Part shown: positions 1-11,097 of the stretch, piece after piece
How positions within the stretch are numbered: the stretch's first letter is position 1
How the letters are laid out: every line of letters starts with the position of its first letter
From: Actinomycetota bacterium
Lineage (GTDB): Bacteria > Actinomycetota > Actinomycetes > S36-B12 > UBA10799
NCBI GenBank assembly: GCA_963169225.1
Contig: CAUJDH010000088.1
Span: 22,718-86,717 of the forward strand
DNA: 64,000 nt
Reading direction: 5' to 3'
Notes under the pieces: model-generated
Databases searched by the model: none
Told to the model about the DNA's origin: nothing
The model's input: only the letters and a program-made list of their open reading frames with translations
Position numbers and translations under genes: made by a program

Positions 1-680
1 CCGTCTGCGTAGGTGGCTATTTCTTCTGCCTGCGCCGGTGTCGAGACCCCAAGACCGACACAAATCGGCTTCTCGGTGTGGGATCGAGTGCGCTCGACGA
101 GCTCCTTGGCATGGTGCGAAACTGTCGAACGCGCCCCGGTAACTCCCATCGTCGATGCCGCATAAACGAATCCTGAACAGACATCGGACACGATTCCGAG
201 TCGCTCTTGGGTAGAGGATGGCGCAACCAAAAAAACCCGGTCAATATCGTTCTCATCAGTGGCTGAGATCCACTCCCCTGCTTCTTCAGGGGTCAAGTCA
301 GGCGTAATGACACCACTACCACCTGCTTGATGTAGGGCACTGGCAAACCGTTGCTGACCAAACTTCAGGATGGGATTCCAATAGGACATGACCAAGGTCG
401 GAGCACCAGCCTGTGCAACACCTTCTACAACCTTCAATACACCGTCGGTGTTGATCCCATTGTGCAGTGCTTGTTCGACTGCCTGTTCAATAACAGGGCC
501 ATCCATGAGCGGATCGCTATACGGCAGTCCGATCTCGACAATGTCGACGCCGTTTTCGACCATCGAACGGATGATCGTGATTGAGTCCTCGAGAGTAGGA
601 AAGCCCGCTGGGAAGTAGCCTATGAGAGCAGCGCGGCCTTCAGCCTTGGTCTGTGCAAAAACATCCGCCATCTTAGTCAT
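1..680 (-). CDS. trpA: Tryptophan synthase alpha chain (C-terminus outside window)
   Basis: The minus frame is open to the window edge, so it is absent from the ORF track. My translation [28 protein letters not shown]...[18 protein letters not shown]...VMSYWNPI is TrpA-like. The start is ATG 680, overlapping the trpB stop, or ATG 671. Confidence 0.9.
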   Translation of the reverse strand, partial: MTKMADVFAQTKAEGRAALIGYFPAGFPTLEDSITIIRSMVENGVDIVEIGLPYSDPLMDGPVIEQAVEQALHNGINTDGVLKVVEGVAQAGAPTLVMSYWNPILKFGQQRFASALHQAGGSGVITPDLTPEEAGEWISATDENDIDRVFLVAPSSTQERLGIVSDVCSGFVYAASTMGVTGARSTVSHHAKELVERTRSHTEKPICVGLGVSTPAQAEEIATYAD

Positions 681-1938
681 GGGTGCCGCCTTCAGTTGGC
701 AATCCGAACCAACGCGCGGCCGTAGCAACATCCTTATCGCCACGCCCTGAGAGGTTCACCAAGATCGTGGCCTCGGGACCCAATTCGCGACCAAGCTTGA
801 GCGCACCCGCGATTGCGTGGGCTGACTCTAGCGCGGGGAGGATTCCCTCGGTCTTGGACAGCAGTTCAAAAGCCTCCATCGCCTCGGAATCCGTAATGGC
901 CTCGTAGCGGGCTCGCTTGGTATCAAGCAAATACGCGTGCTCGGGGCCAACGGATGGGTAGTCCAGGCCTGCGCTGATCGAGTGCGACGGAATTGTCTGG
1001 CCATAGTCGTCCTGCATTACATAGGACCTACCGCCGTGAAGTACCCCAGGTGAACCACCAGTGAGAGTCGCCGAGTGACGGCCAGTCTCGATACCGTCGC
1101 CGCCTGCCTCGTATCCGACAAGCTGGACTGGATCATTGCGGAACGCGTGGAAAATACCGATAGCGTTTGAACCGCCACCAATACATGCAGCAATAGCCGT
1201 CGGCAGACTTCCTGTTCGTTCGAGAATCTGCTCACGGGCCTCGTCACCGATCACCTCGTGGAATGAACGAACCATATGCGGGAACGGCGCCGGACCAGCC
1301 ACTGTTCCTAATACGTAGTGGGTGTTCTCCACATTGGTCACCCAATCACGCATAGCTTCGTTGATCGCATCTTTGAGGGTTTGGCTGCCGGCCTCAACCG
1401 CGATGACTTCTGCCCCAAGTAGCTTCATACGGGCAACATTGAGAGCTTGACGCTCAGTGTCCTCTTTGCCCATGTAGACGACGCATTCGAGCCCCAAGAG
1501 AGCGGCGGCGGTTGCAGTTGCAACCCCATGCTGACCCGCGCCGGTCTCCGCAATGACCCGCGTCTTACCCATTCGCTGAGTGAGGAGCGCTTGCCCTAAG
1601 ACATTGTTGATTTTGTGGGAACCCGTATGGTTCAAATCTTCGCGTTTGAGGAAGATTCGTGCTCCGCCGGCATGTTCCGAGAGCCGTGTGGCCTCCGTCA
1701 ATGGACTTGGTCTGCCAGAGTAGTTGCGGTTTAGGTCATCAAGCTGTTCTCGGAAAGCTGGATCGATCCAGGCTTTGTTGAATTCCTCAGATAGTTGATC
1801 CAAGGCCGCCATAAGCGCCTCTGGAACGAACTGTCCGCCATAGTCGCCGAACTTTCCTCTTTCGTCCGGTACCTCGACATTTGGTACTGCGACGTCCGGC
1901 AGCTCGGTCTCTTTATTGGGTGTGCTGTCTTCTGCCAT
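673..1938 (-). CDS. trpB: Tryptophan synthase beta chain
   Basis: The ORF contains the PLP motif region HTGSHKINN and GGGSNAIG. I trimmed the start to ATG 1938 (MAEDSTPNK), 1 nt after the trpC stop at 1940-1942. Confidence 0.95.
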   Translation of the reverse strand: MAEDSTPNKETELPDVAVPNVEVPDERGKFGDYGGQFVPEALMAALDQLSEEFNKAWIDPAFREQLDDLNRNYSGRPSPLTEATRLSEHAGGARIFLKREDLNHTGSHKINNVLGQALLTQRMGKTRVIAETGAGQHGVATATAAALLGLECVVYMGKEDTERQALNVARMKLLGAEVIAVEAGSQTLKDAINEAMRDWVTNVENTHYVLGTVAGPAPFPHMVRSFHEVIGDEAREQILERTGSLPTAIAACIGGGSNAIGIFHAFRNDPVQLVGYEAGGDGIETGRHSATLTGGSPGVLHGGRSYVMQDDYGQTIPSHSISAGLDYPSVGPEHAYLLDTKRARYEAITDSEAMEAFELLSKTEGILPALESAHAIAGALKLGRELGPEATILVNLSGRGDKDVATAARWFGLPTEGGTHD

Positions 1939-1939
1939 A

Positions 1940-2749
1940 TCAAGTCCTCGACTGTTTGACAGAAGGATGTGCACCCGCAGTCACGAGGTCATGGCAAGCT
2001 TGGCGCGGGTCATCACCTGTTACGAGTGCTTCTCCCACGAGCACGGCATCTGCACCATATGAGGCATATTCGACGAGATCACGCGGACCCCGAATCCCAG
2101 ACTCAGCCACGAGGATGATCTCTTGCGGCACAAGCGGCGCAAGCCTGGCGAACACATCGCGGTCAACCTCTAGTGTCTTCAAATTGCGCGCATTCACCCC
2201 GATGATCCTGGCATTCGCATCAATGGCTCGCTGCAATTCTGGCTCATCATGCACCTCGACCAAAACATGGATGCCAATGGATTCAGCACGTTCAATCAAC
2301 GACACGAGTTCTTCATCATTTAGCGCAGCAACAATCAAAAGCGCGAGATCGGCTCCAGCCGCTCGCGCTTCCCACAGTTGGTAAGACGTGACAATAAAGT
2401 CCTTACGAAGCACCGGAATTTCTACGCTGTTGCGCACAAGCTTGAGGTCATCTAAGCTTCCGCCGAATCGACGCTCTTCAGTGAGAACCGAAATACAGGA
2501 AGCACCACCGGCCTCGTAGGCCTTGGCCAGCTCTGCTGGGTCTGGGATCTCAGCGAGTTCACCTTTGCTCGGGCTCTTACGCTTCACTTCAGCTATAACC
2601 GTGACACCTTCGCCGCGCAAAATAGTGGGGAGATCCAAGGCAGGTTCACGCTCAGCGGCAAGCTCTTTGATTTCGTCTAGCGAAACTTCGGCCTGCCGTA
2701 CTGCGAGGTCCTCTCGTGCGCCTTGCACGATCTCGTCTAATACGGTCAT
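1940..2749 (-). CDS. trpC: Indole-3-glycerol phosphate synthase
   Basis: This 269 aa ORF has typical TrpC blocks ([33 protein letters not shown]) and lies directly upstream of trpB. Confidence 0.95.
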   Translation of the reverse strand: MTVLDEIVQGAREDLAVRQAEVSLDEIKELAAEREPALDLPTILRGEGVTVIAEVKRKSPSKGELAEIPDPAELAKAYEAGGASCISVLTEERRFGGSLDDLKLVRNSVEIPVLRKDFIVTSYQLWEARAAGADLALLIVAALNDEELVSLIERAESIGIHVLVEVHDEPELQRAIDANARIIGVNARNLKTLEVDRDVFARLAPLVPQEIILVAESGIRGPRDLVEYASYGADAVLVGEALVTGDDPRQACHDLVTAGAHPSVKQSRT

Positions 2750-2775
2750 TAGTCAAGCCTAGATCACGTGGATTT

Positions 2776-3324
2776 CTAGCCGATTCCCGAACCTAGAAAT
2801 GGCACAAAAGGAAAATTACGAGCCACGGTAAAAGCAATCAATCCAATGAGAAGAGTCCACATCAAAGCCCGCTGATTAATCGAGATTCCGACCGTTCGTA
2901 ACGAACCCAATGTATTGCTGAATAACGCAGGCGGTTCATTTGGTGAACCCAAGAACTTGCGGGCAATTGCTGCCGCTATCGCAATAAGAACCAAGGGCAG
3001 CACTAGTAGTACAAATAGGTTTTGGTCTGCTGCAGCGCCGAGGTTTCCGTTCATGAGTTCATGGACGCAGCGCAGTCCGCCACAGCCAGGACAGTCGATC
3101 CCGAATAATGCTTGTGTTGGGCACAGTGGATACACCCCTGAATTAGATGGATTCACCATTCCAATGAATCCGGCTGCCCCAAGAATTGCACCGAAACCAA
3201 CCAGTGGCCCTAACGCGTTTGACCACCCACGACGCTGCCCACCAGAGACATCAACATTAGCGACCTGGGTGTTCGATTGGGCGTGATCGTGTAGTTCCGA
3301 TTCCACCCACCCAGTATCTCGCAT
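2776..3324 (-). CDS. DUF2752-like membrane protein (CPGCGG motif)
   Basis: This 182 aa ORF has hydrophobic segments and the motif CPTQALFGIDCPGCGGLRC, which I recall as typical of DUF2752. It abuts the upstream CD225-like gene. Confidence 0.6.
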   Translation of the reverse strand: MRDTGWVESELHDHAQSNTQVANVDVSGGQRRGWSNALGPLVGFGAILGAAGFIGMVNPSNSGVYPLCPTQALFGIDCPGCGGLRCVHELMNGNLGAAADQNLFVLLVLPLVLIAIAAAIARKFLGSPNEPPALFSNTLGSLRTVGISINQRALMWTLLIGLIAFTVARNFPFVPFLGSGIG

Positions 3325-3648
3325 TTAAGCCCCTGAGACGAAACCAGACTCAAATAAAGAGCCCAGCCTGCCAGTGGCGATAAGGAACACCATCGTGAGC
3401 GCCCATAAGAAAATTGTGATGATCAACCATGTACGGGCACGTTTCGATGCCTTGGCCGCAGCCACTTGATTACCGGAGTTCCAAAATGCATTGACCTGTG
3501 CGGCAAAGTAGACCGCTACCACGCCTGTGGGAGAGAAGCACAGAATCGTCGAAACAATTGCTGGCGCAAGCCAAGATGCCGGAACAGCTCGTACAGCTAC
3601 TCGAGGCTGCTGGGCCGCAGCATTCGGATCAGGTGCATAGTTGCTCAC
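3325..3648 (-). CDS. CD225/dispanin-like small membrane protein
   Basis: This 107 aa ORF has two hydrophobic helices flanking AAQVNAFWNSGNQVAAAKASKRARTW, the pattern of actinobacterial CD225-family proteins. Confidence 0.55.
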   Translation of the reverse strand: MSNYAPDPNAAAQQPRVAVRAVPASWLAPAIVSTILCFSPTGVVAVYFAAQVNAFWNSGNQVAAAKASKRARTWLIITIFLWALTMVFLIATGRLGSLFESGFVSGA

Positions 3649-3675
3649 CCCAAAACCCTACGGCACCTTTGCTCG

Positions 3676-5088
3676 TCACATGAATCGTGACACGAGGATC
3701 GTAAATTGCGCCCCACCCTCGGGTGCGGTACCAGCTTGAGCTGTTCCCCCCAACCGCGCCGCTAGACGACCGACCAGCGCTAGTCCGACTCCGGTTCCAG
3801 ACTTTCGAACACCTTCGTATCTGGCATAGAGCTCACCGGGCTCGAAAGCGACTTGGGTATCAGACTCAGTTAGTCCCGGCCCGGAATCCCTGACCTCGAT
3901 GGCGACTTGGCCCTGAGCAACTGGTCGAAGAGCCAGAACAATCTCGCCACCCTGCGGTGTCGTACGCAAGGCGTTCTCGCACAGATTGTCGATCACTTGT
4001 CTAATGCGCATTGGGTCGGTTCGGCCTGGAATCAGGTCTGTGGTCGGTTCGAACTTGAATTCCACACCGTTAGATTGGCAACGTTCCACCCACACATCAT
4101 TTGCAGCAGCGGCCAGTTCGACAAAATCGATCTCGGTCGGCTTGATCTGAAACTCGACTGCATCGAGTCTTGCTAAGTCCATGAGATCTGACACCAAACG
4201 ATTCAGACGGGTCGACTCTTCATGAATCAATTCGGCGGTACGTCCAACATCATCAGGCGGCACTACGCCATCGGAGATCGCCTCCGAAAAACCCTGTACA
4301 GCCGTCAGTGGGGTACGGAACTCATGAGAGATAGACAACAAAAACTCTCGCTGCCGACCTTCACTGATTGCGAGATCAGACTGAAGCGAATTCAACGCTC
4401 CAGATAGTTCGGCAAGTTCAGGTGGTTCCACTATGTCCAAAACAGTATCCCGGTCACCTTGACCAATTCGGTGCGCCGCCGTAGCCGCTTGTTTGAGACC
4501 TGAAGTCAGGCGACGTGAAAGCCAAATACCCACCAATAGCGCAATGGCCACACCCACTATCAAGGCAAGACCGATCCGCAGCAGAATCTGATTCGAAAAC
4601 TGGTTGACGGTATTTGTCGGTTTCGTGAACACCAGAACTCCACCATTGACCAAACCCCTGGCGGCAACTAGTAATTCTCCACTGTCAGTTTCAATATCCT
4701 TGTTGACAGGTTGATAGACCTCGAGCGCCAGCATGTCGTCTGGGCTCAACAGCGCATAGTTGACTTCACCCGGACGTAAATACTGAACGCTGACGTTTTG
4801 CGCTCGAAGCGTGTTTACCAGCCTCGTGGGAACCTGAACGTCATGCTCCCCTAGGCCCTTATCAACGGATTCAACCGTTGCGTGAGCAAGCTCGCTAAGC
4901 TGCGCTTGGGCCTGATGCTGGAGCGAATCACGAATCATAGGGTAAGAAACCCCAAACGCAATAAATACACCCACAACCGTTGAGAACACGATTGCCGCCA
5001 TTAATCGCGCAGCGAGCGGCAGACTTCGAAAACGGTCAGTCAGGCTCGGTGCTGGTTCAATCTTCGACATGACGACCGACTTGGCCAA
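3676..5088 (-). CDS. Sensor histidine kinase (HAMP-HisKA-HATPase)
   Basis: The ORF has an H-box SHEFRTPLT, an N-box NLCENALR and G-boxes DSGPGL / GTGVGLALV, plus two N-terminal TM segments. The track start is TTG at 5088, with an alternative ATG at 5070. Confidence 0.9.
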   Translation of the reverse strand: MAKSVVMSKIEPAPSLTDRFRSLPLAARLMAAIVFSTVVGVFIAFGVSYPMIRDSLQHQAQAQLSELAHATVESVDKGLGEHDVQVPTRLVNTLRAQNVSVQYLRPGEVNYALLSPDDMLALEVYQPVNKDIETDSGELLVAARGLVNGGVLVFTKPTNTVNQFSNQILLRIGLALIVGVAIALLVGIWLSRRLTSGLKQAATAAHRIGQGDRDTVLDIVEPPELAELSGALNSLQSDLAISEGRQREFLLSISHEFRTPLTAVQGFSEAISDGVVPPDDVGRTAELIHEESTRLNRLVSDLMDLARLDAVEFQIKPTEIDFVELAAAANDVWVERCQSNGVEFKFEPTTDLIPGRTDPMRIRQVIDNLCENALRTTPQGGEIVLALRPVAQGQVAIEVRDSGPGLTESDTQVAFEPGELYARYEGVRKSGTGVGLALVGRLAARLGGTAQAGTAPEGGAQFTILVSRFM

Positions 5089-5090
5089 AT

Positions 5091-5780
5091 CTATTCGGGA
5101 ACTTCAGCTGAATAGCCGACGCCTCGTACCGTGCGGATTAAGTCTGGTTCACCCAGTTTGGCACGCAGCTGCGCAATATGAACATCAACTGTCCGAGAAC
5201 CAACTGCAGAGGAATATCCCCATACTTCGACCATGAGTTGATCTCGACTAAAGACCTTATTTGGCTGAGATACCAAGTACAACAAGAGGTCAAATTCGGT
5301 GGCAGTAAGTGGCACTTCTACACCGGCAATAGTGCAATGGCGAGTCTGCGGATCAATAGACACACGTTCAAACTCGACAAGCTCGGTCTGCTCAACTGCC
5401 GGACCATGACGACGCAAGACTGCCTTTACCCGCGCCACAACCTCACGCGGGCTAAATGGTTTGGTTATGTAGTCATCGGCCCCCATCTCAAGCCCGAGGA
5501 CACGGTCGATCTCGTCGTCACGTGCTGTACAGAACAGGACCGGAGTTGAATTGTTTTGCGCACGTAAGCGTTTGCAAATCTCCGTGCCGTCGAAACCAGG
5601 TAAGCCGACGTCTAAAAGCGCTGCAACTGGCTTAAGTTCGAGGATAGAGGAGAGTCCAGATGGCCCATCTGGAGCAACATGAACCTCAAAGCCCTCACGC
5701 GTCAGATAAAGCCGCAGGATGTCGGCAATATTTGCCTCATCCTCAACGACTACGACTAGTCCACGAGCCTCGACACTCAT
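5091..5780 (-). CDS. OmpR/PhoB-family response regulator
   Basis: The ORF has a receiver domain (VVVVEDE...LLDVGLPGFDG...KPF) and a winged-helix C-terminus (TEFDLLLYL...RTVDVHIAQLRAKL). It sits directly upstream of the kinase. Confidence 0.92.
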   Translation of the reverse strand: MSVEARGLVVVVEDEANIADILRLYLTREGFEVHVAPDGPSGLSSILELKPVAALLDVGLPGFDGTEICKRLRAQNNSTPVLFCTARDDEIDRVLGLEMGADDYITKPFSPREVVARVKAVLRRHGPAVEQTELVEFERVSIDPQTRHCTIAGVEVPLTATEFDLLLYLVSQPNKVFSRDQLMVEVWGYSSAVGSRTVDVHIAQLRAKLGEPDLIRTVRGVGYSAEVPE

Positions 5781-5791
5781 ATGAACCAGAG

Positions 5792-6046
5792 CTAGCTTCG
5801 CTTAGGGTACTGACCAAATCCCATCATGGCCATAACTTTTCCGGCGACAACCCCAACGATCACTAGGATCACTCCGAGCCAGAAGATTGGCATCGCGCCA
5901 ACTGCAAGACCCCAGGCCCCGATAGCGGAAGCGACGATCATGATGATGACGGCAGTCCAAGCTGCAGGAGTGTTGCCATCGTGCGGATCACGCATCTGAG
6001 CTTCAAGTTCCTTCTGTCGCTCTGCGCTCTGCTGTTCAGTTTCCAT
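5792..6046 (-). CDS. Small membrane protein, HGxxPAAW-like
   Basis: This 84 aa ORF carries the motif HDGNTPAAW followed by two hydrophobic helices. The family assignment is from memory. Confidence 0.5.
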   Translation of the reverse strand: METEQQSAERQKELEAQMRDPHDGNTPAAWTAVIIMIVASAIGAWGLAVGAMPIFWLGVILVIVGVVAGKVMAMMGFGQYPKRS

Positions 6047-6116
6047 ATCAACACTCCTGGCTGTGATCTGTATAAGTCGTTTCGGCCAATTCGTAACTGT
6101 TCACGACCTTAGCGAA

Positions 6117-6125
6117 AATATACCA
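6117..6125 (-). promoter_or_regulatory. Candidate extended -10 element (TGgTATATT) for the small-protein/two-component operon
   Basis: The minus-sense sequence TGGTATATT lies about 70 nt upstream of ATG 6046 in the only sizeable (169 nt) AT-richer gap in this block. I found no convincing -35. Confidence 0.3.
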
Positions 6126-6215
6126 ATCTCGCGGACCAAAATCGTTCCGCGTCTGTCTGGAATGTTCATTTCTGGCAAATATCGCTGCTCAACATTACTT
6201 TTGGTGCCAAAACTC

Positions 6216-6767
6216 CTAATAAACCGTTGGATCCTCACCTGCATCTAGAGCATCCCAATCTGACTTTTCCACAGGCTTTCTCGAGTTCGATTGTTTGGCC
6301 GACAAGGTTGCCCAGTCCTTGCTCCACAACAATATGGAAGCACCTGCCAAAGCCGCCGCAAGTCCGAACAGGAACATTAGCCAGACGAATGGATAAGTCT
6401 CCACAACAACTGATTGATAGTTGGACGAACCTTGGCGCCCCTCTTGTACGGACGCAACCGCATCACTGAGGTAGAACGCAATAGGTGCGATAAGGATTGC
6501 AGCACCACAAAAGATCAGCACAACTCCGAGTACGCGCCGAACACGCGCCCCGAAAGCAAAGAAAGCAATCGCACAAGCGACCACTAACCAGGCTGCTCCG
6601 AACGACACCGGATACAAAGTGGCACCAGTTCGGGCTGTTTCTACCGTTGGCATCTGAGGTTCATAGATTGTCGCGGTAACCCACGGTTGGCTCAAGAGCC
6701 AGATGGCGCCAAAGCCACCAACCAGCAAAAGAACTATGGAAGCCTTCATAGATTTGAGAAGGCTCAT
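6216..6767 (-). CDS. Trp-operon-associated membrane protein (Trp_oprn_chp-like)
   Basis: This 183 aa ORF has four hydrophobic segments, and its ATG overlaps the trpE stop (ATGA at 6764-6767). Its position matches the conserved actinobacterial membrane gene after trpE. Confidence 0.65.
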   Translation of the reverse strand: MSLLKSMKASIVLLLVGGFGAIWLLSQPWVTATIYEPQMPTVETARTGATLYPVSFGAAWLVVACAIAFFAFGARVRRVLGVVLIFCGAAILIAPIAFYLSDAVASVQEGRQGSSNYQSVVVETYPFVWLMFLFGLAAALAGASILLWSKDWATLSAKQSNSRKPVEKSDWDALDAGEDPTVY

Positions 6768-8428
6768 TTGCTGTCTCCTTGCGTTTCTTGTGCAGAGTCA
6801 TCCGTAGTCCGAGTGGGTTCAAGTTCAGAGGCAAGAGCGATTGCCCGGAATACGGCAGCTGCCTTGTTCTGACATTCCTCGTACTCGGTCTGTGGATCCG
6901 AATCGGCCACAAGGCCAGCTCCCGCCTGCACATATGCTTTGCCGTCTGACACCACGGCAGTACGAATCGCGATAGCAGCATCCATGTCTCCGGCAAAGTC
7001 GAAGTAACCGACACAACCGGCATACAAACCACGGCGGGTAGATTCGAGTTCTTCAATGATCTCCATTGCACGGACTTTCGGTGCGCCAGACAGCGTTCCT
7101 GCCGGATGAGTCGCACGCAGAAGATCGTAGGCGTTGAGTCCCGGCAGCAGCTGACTCTCGACCGTTGAGACGATGTGCATGACGTGGGAATAACGCTCAA
7201 TGTTCATAAACTCAGTGACCTCAACCGAACCGGGTTTGCTTACCCGACCAAGATCGTTACGACCCAGATCAACGAGCATGAGGTGTTCTGCCCGCTCTTT
7301 TGTGTCTGCCATCAGATCTTCAGCAAGCGCATCGTCCTCCGCTTTATCTTTGGACCTGGGCCTCGTTCCTGCAATCGGGTGCAGCATGACGCCACCAGCA
7401 GCAAGCTTGACCAGAGCCTCCGGGCTCGACCCGACAACAGCGAAAGCCTCTGTGGCACGTCCGGAAGCCTCAAAGTGATCAGGCTCGGGTATCCGGAAGA
7501 GATACATATACGGACTCGGATTGAGTTCGCGTAAAGCCCGGTAGATCTCCAAGGGGTCAGCATCGGTGTCGCATTCGAATCGCTGCGACAACACCACTTG
7601 GAAGGCATCCCCAGCACGAATGTACTCGCGAACAGCCTCAACTCCTCCCTTGTATCCCTCTGGAGTTGCGGTGCTTCGGATCTCTAGCTCAGCACCTAGC
7701 TCTGGAGTGACTGGCAGGTGGGCTTCTGGCACTTCAACTGTTCGCGCCAAATCGGCTTCCATACTGTCGAGCCGATTGACCGCTAATTCGTACTGTGCGG
7801 CCAGTTCCGATTCATTCCAGGAAGCGTCCACAAACACATTGGCAACGAGGTAGATCGCACCTTCCTCGTGATCGAGAACGGCCAAATCCGACACCAGCAA
7901 TAGCGCGAACTCAGGCCGCTGTTTGTCATCGACGGTGTCTACAGGTAGACGCTCCCATCGACGGACGATGTCATAGGCCAGATAGCCCACTAAGCCAGAA
8001 GTGAGAGGTGGCAATTGTTCAATACGCGTCGAATGGAACCCATCGAGTACCTGACCGAGAGTGTCTAGGTCTTCGCCATTGGCGTCAATGCCTGCGGGAA
8101 TGTCACCAACCCATTGAGCTTTGCCCTCGCACTCAGTGAGCATGGCTTGACAATTAACTCCGACGAATGAGTATCGCGACCATTTACGGCCATGTTCCGC
8201 CGACTCCAATAAGAACGTGCCGGGGCGATTATGCGCCAATTGGACATAGGCAGCCACGGGAGAAGCGCCGGGCAATGAGGTAGCGGTGTCGAGTCTACGA
8301 ACAACCGGAGTCACTCGTCGCTGTGCGGCAGCTGCAGCGAATTCTTCGCTAGTTGGCAATGTAAGCGTGGTAACTGCACCGCTAGTTTGCGTAGGCTCGA
8401 AGCCTCCATAGGGATTTGATTCAGGCAT
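6764..8428 (-). CDS. trpE: Anthranilate synthase component I
   Basis: The ORF has TrpE blocks ([49 protein letters not shown]-like GCVGYFD). I trimmed the track ORF to ATG 8428 (MPESNPYGG), because the upstream extension overlaps hisI. Confidence 0.95.
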   Translation of the reverse strand: MPESNPYGGFEPTQTSGAVTTLTLPTSEEFAAAAAQRRVTPVVRRLDTATSLPGASPVAAYVQLAHNRPGTFLLESAEHGRKWSRYSFVGVNCQAMLTECEGKAQWVGDIPAGIDANGEDLDTLGQVLDGFHSTRIEQLPPLTSGLVGYLAYDIVRRWERLPVDTVDDKQRPEFALLLVSDLAVLDHEEGAIYLVANVFVDASWNESELAAQYELAVNRLDSMEADLARTVEVPEAHLPVTPELGAELEIRSTATPEGYKGGVEAVREYIRAGDAFQVVLSQRFECDTDADPLEIYRALRELNPSPYMYLFRIPEPDHFEASGRATEAFAVVGSSPEALVKLAAGGVMLHPIAGTRPRSKDKAEDDALAEDLMADTKERAEHLMLVDLGRNDLGRVSKPGSVEVTEFMNIERYSHVMHIVSTVESQLLPGLNAYDLLRATHPAGTLSGAPKVRAMEIIEELESTRRGLYAGCVGYFDFAGDMDAAIAIRTAVVSDGKAYVQAGAGLVADSDPQTEYEECQNKAAAVFRAIALASELEPTRTTDDSAQETQGDSK

Positions 8429-8834
8429 TTGACGAACCTTCGCCAGAATTGCTCTCGGCCTGTTCGATCTCGACCGAAGCCGTGTCAAAACAAGAATCCA
8501 GACCGGTGTGACAGGCAGGTCCCTGTTGATCAACTTGCAGCAGAATACTGTCACCATCACAATCAACCGAGACACTCTTGACTGTTTGACGATTGCCGGA
8601 TGTCTCACCCTTGACCCAGAGTTCTTGGCGAGAACGCGACCAATAAGTCGCATCCCCAGAGTCGAGGGTGAGGGCCAGAGCGTCACGATTCATCCACGCA
8701 AGCATGAGCACCCGACCGGTCGCGGCGCTTTGTGCAACGACTGGAACCAATCCTTGATCGTTAAAGACCACTTGCTCTAAGAGAGTTGCTTGAGTATCCG
8801 CCGACTTTGCCATAACCGTATTGTGCCAGGTCAC
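8421..8834 (-). CDS. hisI: Phosphoribosyl-AMP cyclohydrolase
   Basis: The ORF has the motifs [25 protein letters not shown] and CDGDSILL...ACHTG. The track start is GTG 8834, with an alternative ATG at 8813. Confidence 0.9.
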   Translation of the reverse strand: MTWHNTVMAKSADTQATLLEQVVFNDQGLVPVVAQSAATGRVLMLAWMNRDALALTLDSGDATYWSRSRQELWVKGETSGNRQTVKSVSVDCDGDSILLQVDQQGPACHTGLDSCFDTASVEIEQAESNSGEGSSNA

Positions 8835-8857
8835 CGATTAGCGCGATACTGTAAAGC

Positions 8858-9535
8858 ATGGCGTCACCACAAGATCTTCTTGATAACCGCTGGGCCAAAG
8901 CTGAACGGCAGTCGCTATGTGACCTGCTTCTTGAGTATGGCCCTGATGCCCCTACGCTCTGCGGAGACTGGAATACGCATCAACTAGCCGGCCATCTAGT
9001 GGCACGTGAGTCGCGGCCTGACGCCGCTATCGGCATCACCTTCTCACCCATGGCTAGTTGGACAGCCAAAGTTGAGGAACAGTATTCACAACGCCCCTAT
9101 ACGGAACTCGTCGAGAAGGTCCGGAACGGCCCACCCATTTGGTCACCGTTCAAATTTCCCACTGCGGACCGAATCGCCAATACCGAGGAGTATTTCGTTC
9201 ATCTTGAGGATGTCCGACGCGCACAGCCCGACTGGGAACCACGCGACCTGGATCCCGCATTTTCCAACTACCTATGGGAACTCACCCAGCAACGCGGGCG
9301 CATGATGTTCCGCAAGAGTCCGGTCGGGGTAATAGTGGAGCGCACCGACGGCGCAGGCGGCGAAAAGCAGGTCAAGTCAGCGGACTCCACTGGGAACCTT
9401 GGCACGGTGCGAATCAAGGGACCGGCTCAGGAACTCGTACTCTATTCGTTTGGGCGCAAGGCGCATGCCAACGTTGTAATCGAGGGCGAGCCAGCCGATA
9501 TCGAGGCTTTTGGCCAGACAGATCTCTCTGTCTAA
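8858..9535 (+). CDS. DinB/mycothiol-dependent maleylpyruvate-isomerase-like protein (TIGR03085-like)
   Basis: This is a 225 aa plus-strand ORF. The N-terminal [36 protein letters not shown] resembles the actinobacterial MDMPI_N/DinB fold. The family assignment is from memory. Confidence 0.6.
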   Translation: MASPQDLLDNRWAKAERQSLCDLLLEYGPDAPTLCGDWNTHQLAGHLVARESRPDAAIGITFSPMASWTAKVEEQYSQRPYTELVEKVRNGPPIWSPFKFPTADRIANTEEYFVHLEDVRRAQPDWEPRDLDPAFSNYLWELTQQRGRMMFRKSPVGVIVERTDGAGGEKQVKSADSTGNLGTVRIKGPAQELVLYSFGRKAHANVVIEGEPADIEAFGQTDLSV

Positions 9536-10302
9536 CGAACAATAAATTCCTGTTCGCGTAGAGCGTCTTTAACTTGGGCGATGCTGAGCTCACCAAAATG
9601 AAACACACTTGCCGCCAGAACCGCATCAACGCCAGCCGCAGCAGCGCGCGGGAAGTCCTCAACCTTGCCTGCTCCCCCACTAGCGATGAGCGGGACCGAG
9701 ACTCTGTCACGAATCTGTTGGATAAGTTCGATGTCGAAGCCGTCTTTAGTGCCGTCGGCATCCATAGAATTCAGCAGGATCTCGCCAACTCCAAGTTCAA
9801 CTGCCTTCTCTACCCACTCAAATGCATCGATACCTGTACCTTTGCGGCCACCATGAGTCGTGACCTCAAAACCTGACGGGGTTGTCGTACCCTCTTGGCA
9901 ACGGCGGACATCAGCCGACAGCACGATGCATTGGGATCCGAATCGCTCGGCGGCTTCACGTAAAAACTCGGGCCGGGCAATAGCCGCGGTATTGATACTC
10001 ACCTTGTCTGCGCCTGCGCGTAGAAGTTGGTCGATATCGTCTACTGTGCGAACTCCACCGCCAACCGTCAATGGAATGAACACTTGCTCTGCGGTTTGGC
10101 GTACCACGTCATAGGTGGTTGACCGGCCAGAACTACTTGCACTGATGTCTAGGAACACAAGCTCGTCGGCACCGGCAGCGTCATAAGCCTTAGCTAGTTC
10201 TACCGGATCTCCCGCATCACGCAGGTCCACAAAGTTAACACCCTTGACTACCCGACCCTCGTCAACGTCGAGGCACGGGATAACGCGAAGGGCAAGCGAC
10301 AC
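9532..10302 (-). CDS. hisF: Imidazole glycerol phosphate synthase cyclase subunit
   Basis: This 256 aa ORF has the motifs [18 protein letters not shown] and PLTVGGGVR...SGGAG. Confidence 0.95.
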   Translation of the reverse strand: MSLALRVIPCLDVDEGRVVKGVNFVDLRDAGDPVELAKAYDAAGADELVFLDISASSSGRSTTYDVVRQTAEQVFIPLTVGGGVRTVDDIDQLLRAGADKVSINTAAIARPEFLREAAERFGSQCIVLSADVRRCQEGTTTPSGFEVTTHGGRKGTGIDAFEWVEKAVELGVGEILLNSMDADGTKDGFDIELIQQIRDRVSVPLIASGGAGKVEDFPRAAAAGVDAVLAASVFHFGELSIAQVKDALREQEFIVR

Positions 10303-11069
10303 TAGGCCTCATCCTCAACTGGCGGCGGGAATTGCATTGCATTAATTCGGGGGGCAACTGCAGCCAAAGCCTCAGGCAAGGTGAATGCCTGAGCATAGAG
10401 GGCCTTACCGATGATGACCCCCTCGATTCCTTCGTGTTCGATCTCAGCGAGTTGGTGCAAATCCTCGAGCTTGGCGATTCCGCCGCTTGCCACCACCGGC
10501 GCATTAGTTGCCTGGCACACTTCGCGAAGCAAGTGAATATTGGGGCCCTGCAAGGTACCGTCTTTGCGCACATCAGTGACCACATATCGCGAGCATCCAT
10601 CCGCGTTGAGACGGTCGATCGTTGCGAAAAGTTCACCGCCATCCTTAGTCCAGCCTCGGGCCGCAAGCGTAGTGCCTCGAACATCTAGGCCGATCGCCAC
10701 TTTGTCGCCGTATTCTCCGATGATGCGTGAGCACCATTCTGGATTCTCGAGCGCGGCAGTGCCGATGTTGACCCGAGTACATCCGGTGGCTAGTGCCGCC
10801 TCAAGCGAAGCGTCGTCCCGGATTCCACCAGACATCTCAACCTTGATATCTAGTTTGCCAACGACTTCCGCGAGCAGTTCGCGGTTATCGCCACGTCCAA
10901 AGGCTGCATCGAGATCCACCAGGTGGATCCACTCAGCGCCTTGGCTTTGCCAATCAAGCGCAGCTTGTAAGGGGTCACCGTAGTCGGTCTCGGATCCGGC
11001 TTCACCTTGAACGAGGCGAACGGCTTTGGCATCGGCAACATCAACTGCGGGCAAAAGTTCCAGGGTCAC
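10302..11069 (-). CDS. priA: ProFAR isomerase, probably the dual-substrate HisA/TrpF type (PriA)
   Basis: This is a 255 aa (beta-alpha)8 HisA homolog (LLPAVDV...[15 protein letters not shown]...VASGGI). No trpF is present in the adjoining trp genes. The start is GTG at 11069. Confidence 0.85.
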   Translation of the reverse strand: MTLELLPAVDVADAKAVRLVQGEAGSETDYGDPLQAALDWQSQGAEWIHLVDLDAAFGRGDNRELLAEVVGKLDIKVEMSGGIRDDASLEAALATGCTRVNIGTAALENPEWCSRIIGEYGDKVAIGLDVRGTTLAARGWTKDGGELFATIDRLNADGCSRYVVTDVRKDGTLQGPNIHLLREVCQATNAPVVASGGIAKLEDLHQLAEIEHEGIEGVIIGKALYAQAFTLPEALAAVAPRINAMQFPPPVEDEA

Positions 11070-11097
11070 AATTATCCAGTCTACTTAGGGTTCTGGT

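Noticed and set aside
6661-7200. A 179-aa minus-strand ORF lies in an alternative frame across the trpE 3-prime end and the following gene.
   Set aside because: It overlaps two supported genes out of frame, and its translation is Cys/Arg/Ser-rich with no domain.
8429-8686. The ORF track gives trpE an 86-codon N-terminal extension.
   Set aside because: The extension overlaps the hisI coding region in another frame and has an implausible composition. ATG 8428 gives a normal TrpE N-terminus and the typical 8-nt stop/start overlap. I applied the same logic to trim hisH, hisB, dnaE, rluD, ftsZ, ftsW, murD, mraZ, nusB and aroQ.
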